From Coriobacteriaceae bacterium (lineage in GTDB: Bacteria; Bacillota; Clostridia; Oscillospirales; Ruminococcaceae), in the NCBI GenBank assembly GCA_963588145.1, contig CAVAGJ010000005.1, forward strand, positions 8,726 to 72,725: a stretch of 64,000 nucleotides of DNA, in the 5' to 3' direction. Made by a program: the position numbers and the translations under genes. The notes beneath the pieces were generated by a model, which saw only the letters and a program-made list of their open reading frames with translations, was not told the DNA's origin and did not search any database. Shown one piece after another: positions 28,923 to 39,372 of the stretch (within the stretch, counting starts at the first letter, position 1; each line of letters begins with the position of its first letter).

Positions 28923-29255
28923 TCACACAAACACCACCTGCACTAGCACCATATACAGCGCGGTACCGGCGGCAATACTTAATAAGGTATTCTTTTTCCA
29001 GCAGTGCAAACCCACCACGGCGGCCGCGGCGATGAGTTCCGGCAGGCCGTGGGTGGAGCCGAACAAATCTACGCCCCGCAGGCAGTAGACCACCAGCATA
29101 GCCATAATAGCGCAGGGCAGCACCCCGGCCAGGTAAGTGATAAACCGTGGCGTAGGCCGCCCGCCGCCGAACACCAGAAACGGCAGATAGCGGATCAGCA
29201 TGGTAACAGCGGCCACCACTGCCACCAACGCCATACCGTGAACGTCAATCGACAT
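28923..29255 (-). CDS. azlD: AzlD-family branched-chain amino acid export protein
   Basis: RYLPF, LPCAIMAMLVVYCL, KKNTLLSIAAGT; overlaps the azlC stop. Confidence 0.9.
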   Translation of the reverse strand: MSIDVHGMALVAVVAAVTMLIRYLPFLVFGGGRPTPRFITYLAGVLPCAIMAMLVVYCLRGVDLFGSTHGLPELIAAAAVVGLHCWKKNTLLSIAAGTALYMVLVQVVFV

Positions 29256-29952
29256 GGACGGTTTCCTCCTTTGCAGCGTGTTTTTCCATGGAACCGCGCA
29301 GCAGCGTCAGCGCTGCCGTAATGCCCAGCATGGACGGGATTAGAAAGTTGCTACTACCGAAAATCACCAGGCAAACCAGCGAAACGCTCAACCCCACCAG
29401 CGCGGGGGTGTGGTCCTTGCTGCCGCGCCACTGCTCCGCCATAACAACGATGAACAGTGCGGTCATCGAGAAATCGATACCGGTGGTATCAAAGGGGATG
29501 ATGCTGCCCAGCAGCGTACCGGTCACGCTGCCCGCCACCCAGTAAATTTGATCGAACAGCGAGGCAAACAGGTAGTAGCGGTTCTGGTCCACACCATCAG
29601 GCACATCACCGCTGCATACCACCGAATAAGTCTCGTCGGTGAGGGCGAAGATCAGGTACGGTTTGGCCGCACCAGTGCCTTTATAGCGCTGCAGCATCGA
29701 AATGCCGTAAAACAGGTGCCGGGCGTTGACCATCAGGGTCATCAGCGCCGCCGAGATCAGCGATGCGCCGCCGGCCAACAAATCTATAGTAACGTACTGC
29801 ATACTGCCCGCGTAGATGAGGGCGCTCATGGCCAAGGACCAGCCCACGCCATACCCCTTACTTTGCAGCAGCACACCGAAGCCCAGCCCCAAGACAAGGT
29901 AGCCAGCCATGATGGGCAAGGTACGCGTAAACGCGTAGCGGAGTGTTTTCAT
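29245..29952 (-). CDS. azlC: AzlC-family permease
   Basis: YAGSMQY, NARHLFYG, LTDETY, DFSMTALF. Confidence 0.92.
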   Translation of the reverse strand: MKTLRYAFTRTLPIMAGYLVLGLGFGVLLQSKGYGVGWSLAMSALIYAGSMQYVTIDLLAGGASLISAALMTLMVNARHLFYGISMLQRYKGTGAAKPYLIFALTDETYSVVCSGDVPDGVDQNRYYLFASLFDQIYWVAGSVTGTLLGSIIPFDTTGIDFSMTALFIVVMAEQWRGSKDHTPALVGLSVSLVCLVIFGSSNFLIPSMLGITAALTLLRGSMEKHAAKEETVHVD

Positions 29953-30031
29953 TGTATTTCCCCTTTAGCCTACTGAAGTGCTAGGTTAGTATAGCACAAA
30001 AAAAGCCCCTGCGCAAGCAGGAGCAGAGGAT

Positions 30032-30994
30032 TCACTCCCGGCACAGTATATCCTGATAGGGACCCATACCGGATTTTACTTTCTGCAATTGGCCGGTCTG
30101 TATCAGCTGTTCGATTCGGTGGTAAATCAACTGGTCACCAATGCCCAGGTTACATTCGGCCAACACTTTACCGATAAGCTGGGCTGTCATAAATTCACCC
30201 GCCGGGGCTTTGCTTACGATCGTGGCATCGTAAAAATCGGCGGGCACGCTGGTCAGCCGGCCGTTTATCTCGGCACGCAAAGGGGCGTTTTCCTGTTGTA
30301 ATTTGCGCCAATGGGCGGCGAGGGCATGGCGGTCAGCATCGGGCAGGGGGCGCTCGTACCTTAATAATGCGCCCATCTCGCCGGGGCCGCGTTCCCCCAG
30401 GGCTGCGCGGCGGGTCACGCCGTCTTTTGTTTCAAATTCCGGGGACTGGACCACCGTGATTTCACAGGGGGTATCTTCCAGCAAAGCGGCAGCGGCATAC
30501 AGGCCGCACTGGACACCGGGGGTAAAATCGCACCAGATGCGCACCGGCTCACCTGCGTCCGCGCGGGCCAGCAGGGTTTGCAGGTCTTTCTGGCGGGCCT
30601 GCCAATACTGCTCCATGTCCGCATCCGTCCCGGCTTCGTCTCCGTGCGGGGAGAAGCAGAGCCAATCCTGCACAAACGCTTTGCGGGCATCGCTCATTAG
30701 GCTGTCTACGATGGGGCCTTCGTTCAAGTTGCCCAGCAGGGCCACCACATCGTTGGGCTCATAATCCACGGGGACGGCTTCGGCGCAGCGGCGGACCTCC
30801 TGCTTTTGGGCGCGGCGTTTATAAAAAGGTGCGGCCAGGGTGCGGTAAACGGCAAAGGCCGCCTTTTGCAGCGGAGTTTCCAGCGGTTTATCGGTGGAAA
30901 TAATCACCGCCGTGGTCCCGCCGAGCGTTTTGCCCATATGCGGGGCACAGACAAGCGAACCTTTGACGGAATCGCCGAAGCAGAGTTGAAGCAT
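30032..30994 (-). CDS. DUF1835/DUF3658-like protein
   Basis: N-terminal FGDSVKGSL and LNEGPI; C-terminal WRKLQQENAPLR...DFYD...GDQLIYHRI. Confidence 0.7.
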   Translation of the reverse strand: MLQLCFGDSVKGSLVCAPHMGKTLGGTTAVIISTDKPLETPLQKAAFAVYRTLAAPFYKRRAQKQEVRRCAEAVPVDYEPNDVVALLGNLNEGPIVDSLMSDARKAFVQDWLCFSPHGDEAGTDADMEQYWQARQKDLQTLLARADAGEPVRIWCDFTPGVQCGLYAAAALLEDTPCEITVVQSPEFETKDGVTRRAALGERGPGEMGALLRYERPLPDADRHALAAHWRKLQQENAPLRAEINGRLTSVPADFYDATIVSKAPAGEFMTAQLIGKVLAECNLGIGDQLIYHRIEQLIQTGQLQKVKSGMGPYQDILCRE

Positions 30995-31014
30995 GGTATT
31001 TTCCCCATTACACA

Positions 31015-31126
31015 GCAGGTGGGCACACGTGTGCCCACCGTATACGCGATGTAGGGGCGCACAGTGTGCGCCCGCAAACCTTGCATTAACGCAAAACTCC
31101 GCGGGCGAACAATGTTCGCCCCTACA
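31015..31126. repeat. Cluster of REP-like palindromes (inverted doublet plus one)
   Basis: GGTGGGCACACGTGTGCCCACC; TGTAGGGGCGCACAGTGTGCGCCCGC; GCGGGCGAACAATGTTCGCCCCTACA. Confidence 0.78.
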
Positions 31127-31156
31127 CCTCTAGATAATTTTATATTATTATTGTTT

Positions 31157-31192
31157 AAAGTTTCTTCGGTTCCTTCTTTTCAAAGAAGGAAC
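31157..31192. repeat. AT-rich dispersed repeat (family 2)
   Basis: AAAGTTTCTTCGGTTCCTTCTTTTCAAAGAAGGAAC, 10 bp past the Hsp70 stop. Confidence 0.65.
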
Positions 31193-31202
31193 AAAGTCCT
31201 CG

Positions 31203-32978
31203 TTATTTTTCGCTTTCCCATTGCGTTACCAGCGGGGTTGCAATGGCCGAGAGGGCTTCGCGGGCGGCGTTGAGGGCCTGGACATCGGCAGGGGTGAGCT
31301 TGTCAGCTTTTTTATGGCGCAGCACCTTTTCCAGGTTACGCACAGCATCCTTAATTTTGTTGCGAGCATCCCGGTCCAGAGCCTTGCCCACCTTGCTGCC
31401 CAAGGCTGCATTTACGCGATACAGCGCTGCTTCCGCCGCATTAAAAGCTTCCAGCGCAGCCTTGCGCTCCTGATCCTGGCCCGCAAAAGCGGCGGCGTTG
31501 CGCATGGCTTTCTGGATCTCGTCCTCGCTCAAGTTCGAGGAACCGGTGATGGTGATGCCCTGCTCCTTGCCGGTGTCCATGTCGCGGGCACTGACCTTGA
31601 CAATGCCGTTGGCATCAATGTCAAAGGTCACTTCGATTTTTGGCACACCCGCCCAGGCGCGCTTGATGCCCCGTAGCGTGAAAGTGCCTAACAGTTTGTT
31701 GTCCTTGGCGAACTCCCGCTCGCCCTGCAGCACCTTGATCTCTACAGTGCTCTGGAACGGCGCGGCCGTAGTAAACACTTTGCTGAAGCGGGTGGGAATG
31801 GTCGCATTACGTTCAATCAAGTGCGTAGCTACGCCGCCCAACGTCTCGATTGAGAGGGTCAGCGGGGTCACGTCCATCAGCAGCAGATCCTCGCCTGCAC
31901 CGGTCAGCGCTTCGCCACCCAGGCGTCCCGCCTGCACGGCGGCCCCCAGGGCCACGCACTCATCAGGGTTCAGCGATTTGGAGGGTTCCAGCCCAGTCAT
32001 CCGCATGACCTTGGCCTGCACGGCCGGAATGCGGGTGGAGCCGCCCACCAGCAGCACCTGGTCCAGGTCACTGGCGGTCAGGTGGGCATCGCTCAGCGCA
32101 TTGCGCACGGGCAGGGAGGTGCGCTCAATCAGGTCGGCGCACAGTTCCTCAAATTTAGCGCGGGTCAGGGTGGCCTGCAGGTGCAACGCGCCCTCCGGCC
32201 CGGTGGTGATGAACGGCAGATTCAACTCGGTCTGGGTGGCGGTGGAAAGTTCTTTCTTCGCTTTTTCGGCTTCCTCCCGCAGGCGCTGCATGGCTACGCG
32301 GTCGGCGTTCAGGTCCACGCCCTGGGTGGCCTTGAAATCATCCGCCAGCCAGGTGACGATACGGGCATCAAAGTCGTCACCACCGAGGTAGTTATCGCCG
32401 CAGGTAGCCAGCACCTGCACGATGCCATCGCCAATTTGTATCAGTGATACGTCAAAAGTACCGCCGCCCAGGTCGTAGACCATGACGGTCTGGGCCTTGC
32501 CGTTGTCCAGGCCGTAGGCCAGGGCCGCAGCGGTAGGCTCGTTGATGATGCGCTTAACTTCCAGCCCGGCGATGCGCCCGGCATCCTTGGTGGCCTGGCG
32601 CTGGGCATCGTTAAAGTAGGCCGGCACCGTAATGACGGCCTGGGTGACCGGCTCGCCAAGGTAATCCTCGGCATCCGCTTTGAGTTTTTGCAGGATCAGG
32701 GCGCTGATTTCCTGGGGAGAATAGCACTTGCCATCAATGGGTACGCGGCTGTCCACACCCATCTGGCGCTTGATGCTGGTTACGGTGCGCGGCGCGTTGG
32801 TAACGGCCTGGCGCTTGGCAGGCTCGCCCACCAGGCGCTCACCTGCTTTGGTGAACGCCACCACCGACGGCGTAGTGCGCTGGCCCTCGGCATTGGGGAT
32901 CACCACCGGCTTGCCGCCCTCGATAACAGCGGCGCAGCTGTTGGTCGTGCCCAGATCGATCCCGATCATTTTTGCCAT
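31203..32978 (-). CDS. Hsp70/DnaK-family chaperone, probable non-canonical paralog
   Basis: [50 protein letters not shown] linker. No grpE/dnaJ/hrcA nearby; diverged lid. Confidence 0.9.
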   Translation of the reverse strand: MAKMIGIDLGTTNSCAAVIEGGKPVVIPNAEGQRTTPSVVAFTKAGERLVGEPAKRQAVTNAPRTVTSIKRQMGVDSRVPIDGKCYSPQEISALILQKLKADAEDYLGEPVTQAVITVPAYFNDAQRQATKDAGRIAGLEVKRIINEPTAAALAYGLDNGKAQTVMVYDLGGGTFDVSLIQIGDGIVQVLATCGDNYLGGDDFDARIVTWLADDFKATQGVDLNADRVAMQRLREEAEKAKKELSTATQTELNLPFITTGPEGALHLQATLTRAKFEELCADLIERTSLPVRNALSDAHLTASDLDQVLLVGGSTRIPAVQAKVMRMTGLEPSKSLNPDECVALGAAVQAGRLGGEALTGAGEDLLLMDVTPLTLSIETLGGVATHLIERNATIPTRFSKVFTTAAPFQSTVEIKVLQGEREFAKDNKLLGTFTLRGIKRAWAGVPKIEVTFDIDANGIVKVSARDMDTGKEQGITITGSSNLSEDEIQKAMRNAAAFAGQDQERKAALEAFNAAEAALYRVNAALGSKVGKALDRDARNKIKDAVRNLEKVLRHKKADKLTPADVQALNAAREALSAIATPLVTQWESEK

Positions 32979-33244
32979 GGTTGTGTTGTCCCTTCTTCAA
33001 AAGGTAAAAGATTAATTTTATTGTAACGCAAGAAAACACAAAATGTGTTGCGATTTCGTAAATAAATTTTACAAGTGTTTCGGTTTTTGACTGAGTGTTT
33101 TTGGCAGCAGAACAAACGAAAAAAATATGCGTGCAATGCAAAAGAATCCAAAGCAAAAAACGGCCCTGCACCGTTGACGCAGGGGGGCTGGACGTGCTAT
33201 AGTAAATGGTATCTTACACTTTAGCTGAATAAAGAGGTAACGCT

Positions 33245-33832
33245 ATGGCACGCACTGCGACTGTGACCCGCAACACGCGGGAGACCCAGATCACCATAAC
33301 CATCGACCTGGACGGCACCGGCAAGTCCGATTTGCACACCGGCATCGGCTTTTTTGACCACATGCTGGACGGCTTTGCCCGCCACGGTCTGTTTGACCTG
33401 ACCGTGCAGTGCCATGGCGACCTGGATGTCGACTGCCACCACACCATTGAGGATGTGGGCATCGCCCTGGGCATCGCCATCAAGCAGGCGCTGGGCGACA
33501 AGGCCGGGCTGGTGCGCTATGGCAGCTGCCTGCTGCCCATGGATGAGACGCTGGCGCTGTGCGCCGTAGACCTGGGCGGGCGGCCCTACTTTGTGTACGA
33601 TGCCAGCTTTGCGGGGCAAAGCTGCGGCGGCATGAATGTGCAGATGGCGCGGGAGTTTTTCTATGCCATCAGCTATGCAGCCATGATAAACCTGCATTTA
33701 AAGGTACTGTACGGCGAGAACGACCACCACAAGCTGGAGGCCATGTTCAAGGCGTTTGCCAAAGCGCTGGATGCCGCCACACGCAAGGATGCACGGATTG
33801 ATGGGGTGCTCTCCACCAAGGGCACGCTGTAA
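33245..33832 (+). CDS. hisB: Imidazoleglycerol-phosphate dehydratase
   Basis: [39 protein letters not shown]. Confidence 0.96.
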   Translation: MARTATVTRNTRETQITITIDLDGTGKSDLHTGIGFFDHMLDGFARHGLFDLTVQCHGDLDVDCHHTIEDVGIALGIAIKQALGDKAGLVRYGSCLLPMDETLALCAVDLGGRPYFVYDASFAGQSCGGMNVQMAREFFYAISYAAMINLHLKVLYGENDHHKLEAMFKAFAKALDAATRKDARIDGVLSTKGTL

Positions 33833-33881
33833 ACCGTTCATTATAGAGGTAATAGAGGGAACAAATCAGGAGGTAAAGGGT

Positions 33882-35138
33882 ATGTACAAGGACATGATCG
33901 ATACCATTGGCTATGTGAAGCAGGCTGACCCCGAACTGGGCGCAGCCATGGACCGCGAGCTGGGCCGTCAGCGCCAGAACATTGAGCTGATCGCCAGCGA
34001 GAACATTGTTTCTCCCGCTGTGATGGCGGCCATGGGCAGTGTGCTGACCAACAAGTACGCCGAAGGTTACCCCGGCCACCGCTACTACGGCGGCTGCCAG
34101 TTTGTGGACGAGGTGGAGCAGATCGCCATCGACCGTGCCTGCAAGCTGTTTGGCGCCAAGTACGCCAATGTGCAGCCCCACTCCGGCGCACAGGCCAACC
34201 TGGCCGTCTACTTTGCGTTGCTGAACCTGGGCGATACCGTCATGGGCATGGACCTGTCCCAAGGCGGCCATCTGACCCACGGATCCCCCGTGAACATGAG
34301 CGGTAAAAACTACAACTTCGTCTCCTACGGTGTCTCCACCGAGGACGGCCGCATCGACTACGCCGCCCTGGCCAAGCAGGTCGCAAAGGTACGTCCCAAG
34401 CTGATCGTGGCGGGTGCTTCGGCTTACCCCCGTGCCATCGACTTTGAAAAGCTGGCCGAGATCGCCCACGGCTACGGCGCTATGCTGATGGTGGATATGG
34501 CCCACATCGCCGGTCTGGTGGCTGGCGGCCAGCATCAGAACCCCGTGCCTTACGCCGATGTAGTAACCACCACCACCCACAAGACCCTGCGCGGCCCCCG
34601 CGGCGGTCTGATCCTGACCAACAACGAGTATCTGATCAAGCGCATCAACTCCGCCATCTTCCCCGGCACCCAGGGCGGCCCGCTGGAGCATGTCATCGCC
34701 GGTAAGGCCGTCTGCTTTGGCGAGGCCCTGAAGCCCGAGTTTAAGGAGTATGCCGCCAAGATTGTGGATAACGCTAAGACCATGGCTGATGAGCTGACCG
34801 CCCGCGGCGTGAAGCTGGTTTCCGGCGGCACCGACAACCACCTGCTGCTGATCGACCTGACCGATGAGGACTGCACCGGCAAGGAGCTGGAACACAACCT
34901 GGACGAGGTACACATCACCGCCAACAAGAACACCGTGCCCGGAGAGAGGCGCAGTCCGTTCATCACCAGCGGTGTGCGCGTAGGCACCCCCGCCGTGACC
35001 ACCCGTGGCATGGGCCCGGAGGAGATGAAGATCATCGCCGATTGCATCGCGGATTGCATCTTTGATTTCGATGGCAAGAAAGACGAAGTCGCCGCCCGCG
35101 TGGCCGATTTGGTCGCCAAGTTCCCGCTGTACGAGTAA
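33882..35138 (+). CDS. glyA: Serine hydroxymethyltransferase
   Basis: [42 protein letters not shown]. Start at ATG 33882. Confidence 0.97.
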   Translation: MYKDMIDTIGYVKQADPELGAAMDRELGRQRQNIELIASENIVSPAVMAAMGSVLTNKYAEGYPGHRYYGGCQFVDEVEQIAIDRACKLFGAKYANVQPHSGAQANLAVYFALLNLGDTVMGMDLSQGGHLTHGSPVNMSGKNYNFVSYGVSTEDGRIDYAALAKQVAKVRPKLIVAGASAYPRAIDFEKLAEIAHGYGAMLMVDMAHIAGLVAGGQHQNPVPYADVVTTTTHKTLRGPRGGLILTNNEYLIKRINSAIFPGTQGGPLEHVIAGKAVCFGEALKPEFKEYAAKIVDNAKTMADELTARGVKLVSGGTDNHLLLIDLTDEDCTGKELEHNLDEVHITANKNTVPGERRSPFITSGVRVGTPAVTTRGMGPEEMKIIADCIADCIFDFDGKKDEVAARVADLVAKFPLYE

Positions 35139-35373
35139 GCGATCGATTGTTTATCTAAATTCTCTTTTAGCAGACATTTTGTTCTCATGAACATTGTGTC
35201 TGCCATTTTTCTTTTTGTAGCAAAATAAACATCTTATATGAATGGGTCAAAAACAAAGGCCAGATTATTGAATCACGCCGCCCCCTTACACAAGGGACAA
35301 ATCTGCTCGGTTTAGGCAATATTGCGTCAAAATGGGTTTTAGCCCTCTCCCAAATTTAACGATTCAAAGAATT

Positions 35374-35387
35374 TGTAAGCGCTTACG
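35374..35387. promoter_or_regulatory. LacI-family/cre-like operator (distal)
   Basis: TGTAAGCGCTTACG, a palindrome with the central CG typical of LacI-family sites. Confidence 0.7.
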
Positions 35388-35504
35388 ATCAATTGTGCAG
35401 AAAAAACAAAATTCAGACCAAAATTTTGTGTATAAAATAACAAGTGCCGTATTTTTTCGTCGTTTTGTTAGAAAACCCCGTTATTTTCTTGTCAAGTCTG
35501 AGAA

Positions 35505-35555
35505 TTGCATCGATTTTTTTCGTATGCTATGATGAATATGTTGAAAGCGCTTACA
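35505..35555 (+). promoter_or_regulatory. sigma-A promoter and proximal LacI/cre-like operator
   Basis: TTGCAT-17 bp-TATGAT (35505-35533), then TGAAAGCGCTTACA (35542-35555). Confidence 0.78.
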
Positions 35556-35583
35556 AAACGCTGCATCCCACAGGAGGTATTAC

Positions 35584-36576
35584 TTGACCATTTATGATGT
35601 AGCCCGGGAAGCCGGGGTCTCGATTGCCACGGTCTCCCGTGTGCTGAACGGCGGCAAAGTGGGCGAAGCCACCCGCACCAAAGTGCAGGCTGTGCTGGAC
35701 AGTTGCGATTACCAGCCCAGCCAGGTAGCACAAGGCTTGGCCACCCGCCAAAGCCGCTGCGTAGCCGTTATGACAGTGGATATCCGCGATGTACACCACG
35801 CCGCCATCGCCTATGAGATCGAGCGCACAATGGCCACCGCCGGGTACAGTACCATCCTGTGCAACCTGGGCGGCACCCCCGCCCGCGCCAGCGAGTATCT
35901 GCGTACGCTGAACGCCCAGCAGATTATCGGCGTATTCTTCGTTGGATCGGTATTCGTGACACCGCAATGCCGCGAGTACATTGCCAAATATGTTCCCGAT
36001 ATCCCCATTTTATTTGCCAACGCGATCCTGCCGCTGCCCAATGCCTACGGTGTCCTTTCCGATGAAGAGAGCGGCACCTACCACGCCGTCAAGCGGCTGG
36101 CCCAGGCCGGGCGGCGCAACATCGCTTTTGTCAACGATGACGAGACCGAAAGTGAGGAGCACAAGCTGAACGGCTACCGCCGCGCCATCCAGGAATACGG
36201 CCTGCCGGAGCGCTGCTACCGGGCCGAACGTTCCGTCGAGGGCGGCCAGTTCGTCGCAACCCGCATCCTGCGGCAGGATCCGAACACCGATGCCATCATC
36301 TTTTCTGAGGATACCACCGCCGTGGGCTGTCTGCACACCCTGCAGACCACTGGCAAACGCATCCCGGATGAGGTAGCCGTTATTGGCTGCAACAACAGCG
36401 TCTACTGCACCATCTGCTACCCGCAGCTGACCTCGATTGACAACAGCCTGCATGAGACCGGCCGCACGGCCGCCAAGCAGATGATCCGCCTGCTGAACCA
36501 CGAACCCGATGTGGAAAAGACCATCTGCCTGCCCTGCTGGTTGGTCCTGCGGGACACCACCCCGCCGATGCTGTAA
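35584..36576 (+). CDS. LacI family transcriptional regulator
   Basis: TIYDVAREAGVSIATVSRVLN HTH, YQPSQVAQGL hinge, PQLTSID; TTG start after GGAGG. Confidence 0.95.
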   Translation: MTIYDVAREAGVSIATVSRVLNGGKVGEATRTKVQAVLDSCDYQPSQVAQGLATRQSRCVAVMTVDIRDVHHAAIAYEIERTMATAGYSTILCNLGGTPARASEYLRTLNAQQIIGVFFVGSVFVTPQCREYIAKYVPDIPILFANAILPLPNAYGVLSDEESGTYHAVKRLAQAGRRNIAFVNDDETESEEHKLNGYRRAIQEYGLPERCYRAERSVEGGQFVATRILRQDPNTDAIIFSEDTTAVGCLHTLQTTGKRIPDEVAVIGCNNSVYCTICYPQLTSIDNSLHETGRTAAKQMIRLLNHEPDVEKTICLPCWLVLRDTTPPML

Positions 36577-36602
36577 AGCATCTCTTCGTGGCATGCCTCT
36601 TT

Positions 36603-36658
36603 TGTAGGGGTCGATGCTTGCATCGACCCGCGGGCGGATGCGAGCATCCGCCCCTACA
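36603..36658. repeat. Inverted REP-like doublet
   Basis: TGTAGGGGTCGATGCTTGCATCGACCCG followed by CGGGCGGATGCGAGCATCCGCCCCTACA. Confidence 0.8.
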
Positions 36659-36778
36659 GGGAACGCGCCGCATCATCTATTTTCCCCTGTATTTTATACC
36701 GTCGCGTAACGGGAAACGCCGAATCCCGCTGCGGGCTGCGGTATAGAAAATAAAAAGAACGAGAGGAACCTGTTCACT

Positions 36779-38086
36779 ATGAATGTCGCAATTTCCATTA
36801 TTCTTCTAATCAGTTACCTCGCCTTCGTAATTTACATTATGAAGGGCGGCAACCTGCTCATGGGCTTCATTATGATGTCCTGTGTGTGGATTCCCGTTGG
36901 CGTACTGGGCGGCCAGATCGATTGGGCCACCTTTAACGGCAACATCATGCAAACAGCACCATCCAACATCGGTGGCAACGTCGTCTTGATCTTCATCGGC
37001 AGCTGGCTGGGCCAGGTGCTGCTGAAAACCGGCATTGCCTCCACCATCATCCGCAAGACCGTTGAGCTGGGCGGCGACAAACCCCTGTTCGTTGCTATTC
37101 TGCTCAGCGTCCTGACCACCCTGATCTTCTGCAGCGCTTACGGCGCTGGCGCCGTCATCGGCATCGGCGTTATCGTTCTGCCCATCCTGCTCTCCCTGGG
37201 TGTGCCCAAGGCAGTGGCTACGGCCTCCTACCTGATGTCTGTCGGCGCAGGCATGTACACCAACGCAGTTATCTTCAGCGAGAAGCAGGCCGTCCTGCTG
37301 CTGAACGAGACCAACCCCGAGTACACCTATCAGGTTTACAAGCAGGTCGGTATGGTCGCCACCGGCGTTCAGTTGGTCATCATCGTCCTGATGCTGGTCA
37401 CCATGCTGGGCCGCAAGAAGAAGAACGTCCACGCCTGGGCCGCCCCTGCCGGCGATGCCGAGGGTGCCTCCAAGGATGCTCCCCTCTACGCTCTGCTGGC
37501 TCCGTTCCTGCCCGTTATCCTGATCATCTTCTTCAAGTGGAACTCTCTGCCCGCTTTCCTGGCTGCCATCTTCTACGCACTGTTCACCTGCGGCTATGCC
37601 AAGAGTTTTAACAACCTGGGCGACACCATCAACCGCACCCTGTATGACGGCATCATGGACGCTGCTCCTCTGATCGGCTTCCTGTTCTTCCAGGGCATCT
37701 TCACCGCCGCTGCCAACTGCGACGCTGTCTTCTTCAAGGAGACCCTGGGTGCCATCATCCCCACCAGCACTCTGCTGCTGACCATCGTCTTTGCCATCGG
37801 CACTCCTCTCGGCCTGTTCCGTGGTCCTCTGTCTGTTTTCGGTGTCGGCCCTGTCACCTTCGCCGTTATCAACAGCCTGGGCGTGTTCGAGATCCCGTTC
37901 CTGTTCGCTGTGTTCCAGTTCACCGGCATCGCAACCACCATTTCCAGCTGCGTTACCCAGTCCTGGAACATCTGGGCCATCAACTACACCAAGGTTTCCA
38001 CCAAGGACTTCATGCTCACCGCCTTCCCGTGGTGCTGGGTCGCTAACATCATTAACCTGGCGATCCTCTTTGTCCGCATTGGCTAA
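36779..38086 (+). CDS. Ion-transporter superfamily permease (GntP/citrate-transporter-like)
   Basis: About 12 TM; KTGIASTIIRKTVELGGDKP, VIVLPILLSLG, LFRGPL. Confidence 0.72.
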   Translation: MNVAISIILLISYLAFVIYIMKGGNLLMGFIMMSCVWIPVGVLGGQIDWATFNGNIMQTAPSNIGGNVVLIFIGSWLGQVLLKTGIASTIIRKTVELGGDKPLFVAILLSVLTTLIFCSAYGAGAVIGIGVIVLPILLSLGVPKAVATASYLMSVGAGMYTNAVIFSEKQAVLLLNETNPEYTYQVYKQVGMVATGVQLVIIVLMLVTMLGRKKKNVHAWAAPAGDAEGASKDAPLYALLAPFLPVILIIFFKWNSLPAFLAAIFYALFTCGYAKSFNNLGDTINRTLYDGIMDAAPLIGFLFFQGIFTAAANCDAVFFKETLGAIIPTSTLLLTIVFAIGTPLGLFRGPLSVFGVGPVTFAVINSLGVFEIPFLFAVFQFTGIATTISSCVTQSWNIWAINYTKVSTKDFMLTAFPWCWVANIINLAILFVRIG

Positions 38087-38189
38087 ACCAAACTAACGCT
38101 TTACCTATTGGGGCGCGCTTTCCCTGCCGCGGCAACGCGCACAGCGCGCCCCACTTTTGTTTTTACTAATTTTACAGGAGGCAACATCT

Positions 38190-39347
38190 ATGCACAAAGT
38201 ATTGCTGATCGGCGCTGGTTCTATCTGCCGCACCCACATCGATGCGTTTGAGGGGCTGCACGGCCGCGCCAAGGTCGTGGGCATTGTGGCCCGCCATCAG
38301 GAATCCGCCCAGAAGGCCATCGACAACGCCGGTCTGGACGCCAAGGCCTACACCGACTACAAGCAGGCCATTGCGGATTCCGGCTGCGACATTGTATCTG
38401 TTATGACCCCGCCGGATACCCACAAGGAGATCACCGTCTACGCACTGGAGCACGGATGCCATGTCATGGTGGAAAAGCCCATGGCTCCCTCCCTGCAGGA
38501 GTGCGATGCGATGATCGAGGCTGCCAAGCGCACCGGCAAAAAGCTGGAAGTTGTAGCCCAGAGCCGCTGCCTGACCCCCATTTACCGCACTAAAAAGCTG
38601 ATGGAGAGCGGCATTGCGGGCAAGCTGCTGTACACCCAGATCAACTCCTTCTGGTACCGCGGCCGCAGCTACTACGACCTTGCCTGGCGCGGCCAGTGGG
38701 CCAGCGAGGGCGGCGGCTGCACCTTTGTGCATGCAGTGCATCACATCGATCTGCTGGCCTGGATGGCCGGTATGCCCAGCCAGGTCTCGGCCATGATCGG
38801 CAATGTCTCCCACACCAACAGTGAGGAGGAGGACCTGTCCATGGCAATGCTGCGTTACCCCAACGGCAGCTTTGCCCAGCTTTCGGCCAACCTGGTCTGC
38901 CATGGTCAGAAGCAGGCCCTGACCTTTGCCTGCGAGAAAGCCAACCTGGAGATCCCCCACGCGTTCAGCGCCGATACCCCGCTGGAAAACGGTTTTCCGA
39001 AAGAGAACACCGAGTTTCTGAAAGAACTGAACGATGCTTTCGAGGCTATCCCTGCCCTGGAGTACGAGGGCCACGCCGGCCTGGCTGACGACCTGGTCCG
39101 CGCCATTGACGAGGACCGCCCGGTGCTGATCGACGGCGAAGCAGGCCGCGCCACGATGGAACTGATCATGGCGATCTACAAGTCTGCTGCCGAGGGCCAC
39201 ACGGTGAACCTGCCCTTGGCCAAGGACGACCCGTTCTACACCCGCGAGGGCGTACAGGCCAAGATGCCCCACTTCTACAAAAAAACCAGCTTCCTGGCTA
39301 AGTTCGAGAAGGACGAGATCGTGCTGGCAAGCAGCAACATGAAATAA
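38190..39347 (+). CDS. Gfo/Idh/MocA family oxidoreductase
   Basis: IGAGSI, TPPDTH, VEKPMA, WRGQWASEGGG, HHID. Confidence 0.92.
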   Translation: MHKVLLIGAGSICRTHIDAFEGLHGRAKVVGIVARHQESAQKAIDNAGLDAKAYTDYKQAIADSGCDIVSVMTPPDTHKEITVYALEHGCHVMVEKPMAPSLQECDAMIEAAKRTGKKLEVVAQSRCLTPIYRTKKLMESGIAGKLLYTQINSFWYRGRSYYDLAWRGQWASEGGGCTFVHAVHHIDLLAWMAGMPSQVSAMIGNVSHTNSEEEDLSMAMLRYPNGSFAQLSANLVCHGQKQALTFACEKANLEIPHAFSADTPLENGFPKENTEFLKELNDAFEAIPALEYEGHAGLADDLVRAIDEDRPVLIDGEAGRATMELIMAIYKSAAEGHTVNLPLAKDDPFYTREGVQAKMPHFYKKTSFLAKFEKDEIVLASSNMK

Positions 39348-39372
39348 CCTACCTTTTATAAAGGAGCACACC

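Noticed and set aside
32979..33244. CIRCE element upstream of the Hsp70 gene
   Set aside because: No TTAGCACTC-N9-GAGTGCTAA match. A TTAGC...GTGCTA fragment near 29965-29982 has the wrong spacing and position.
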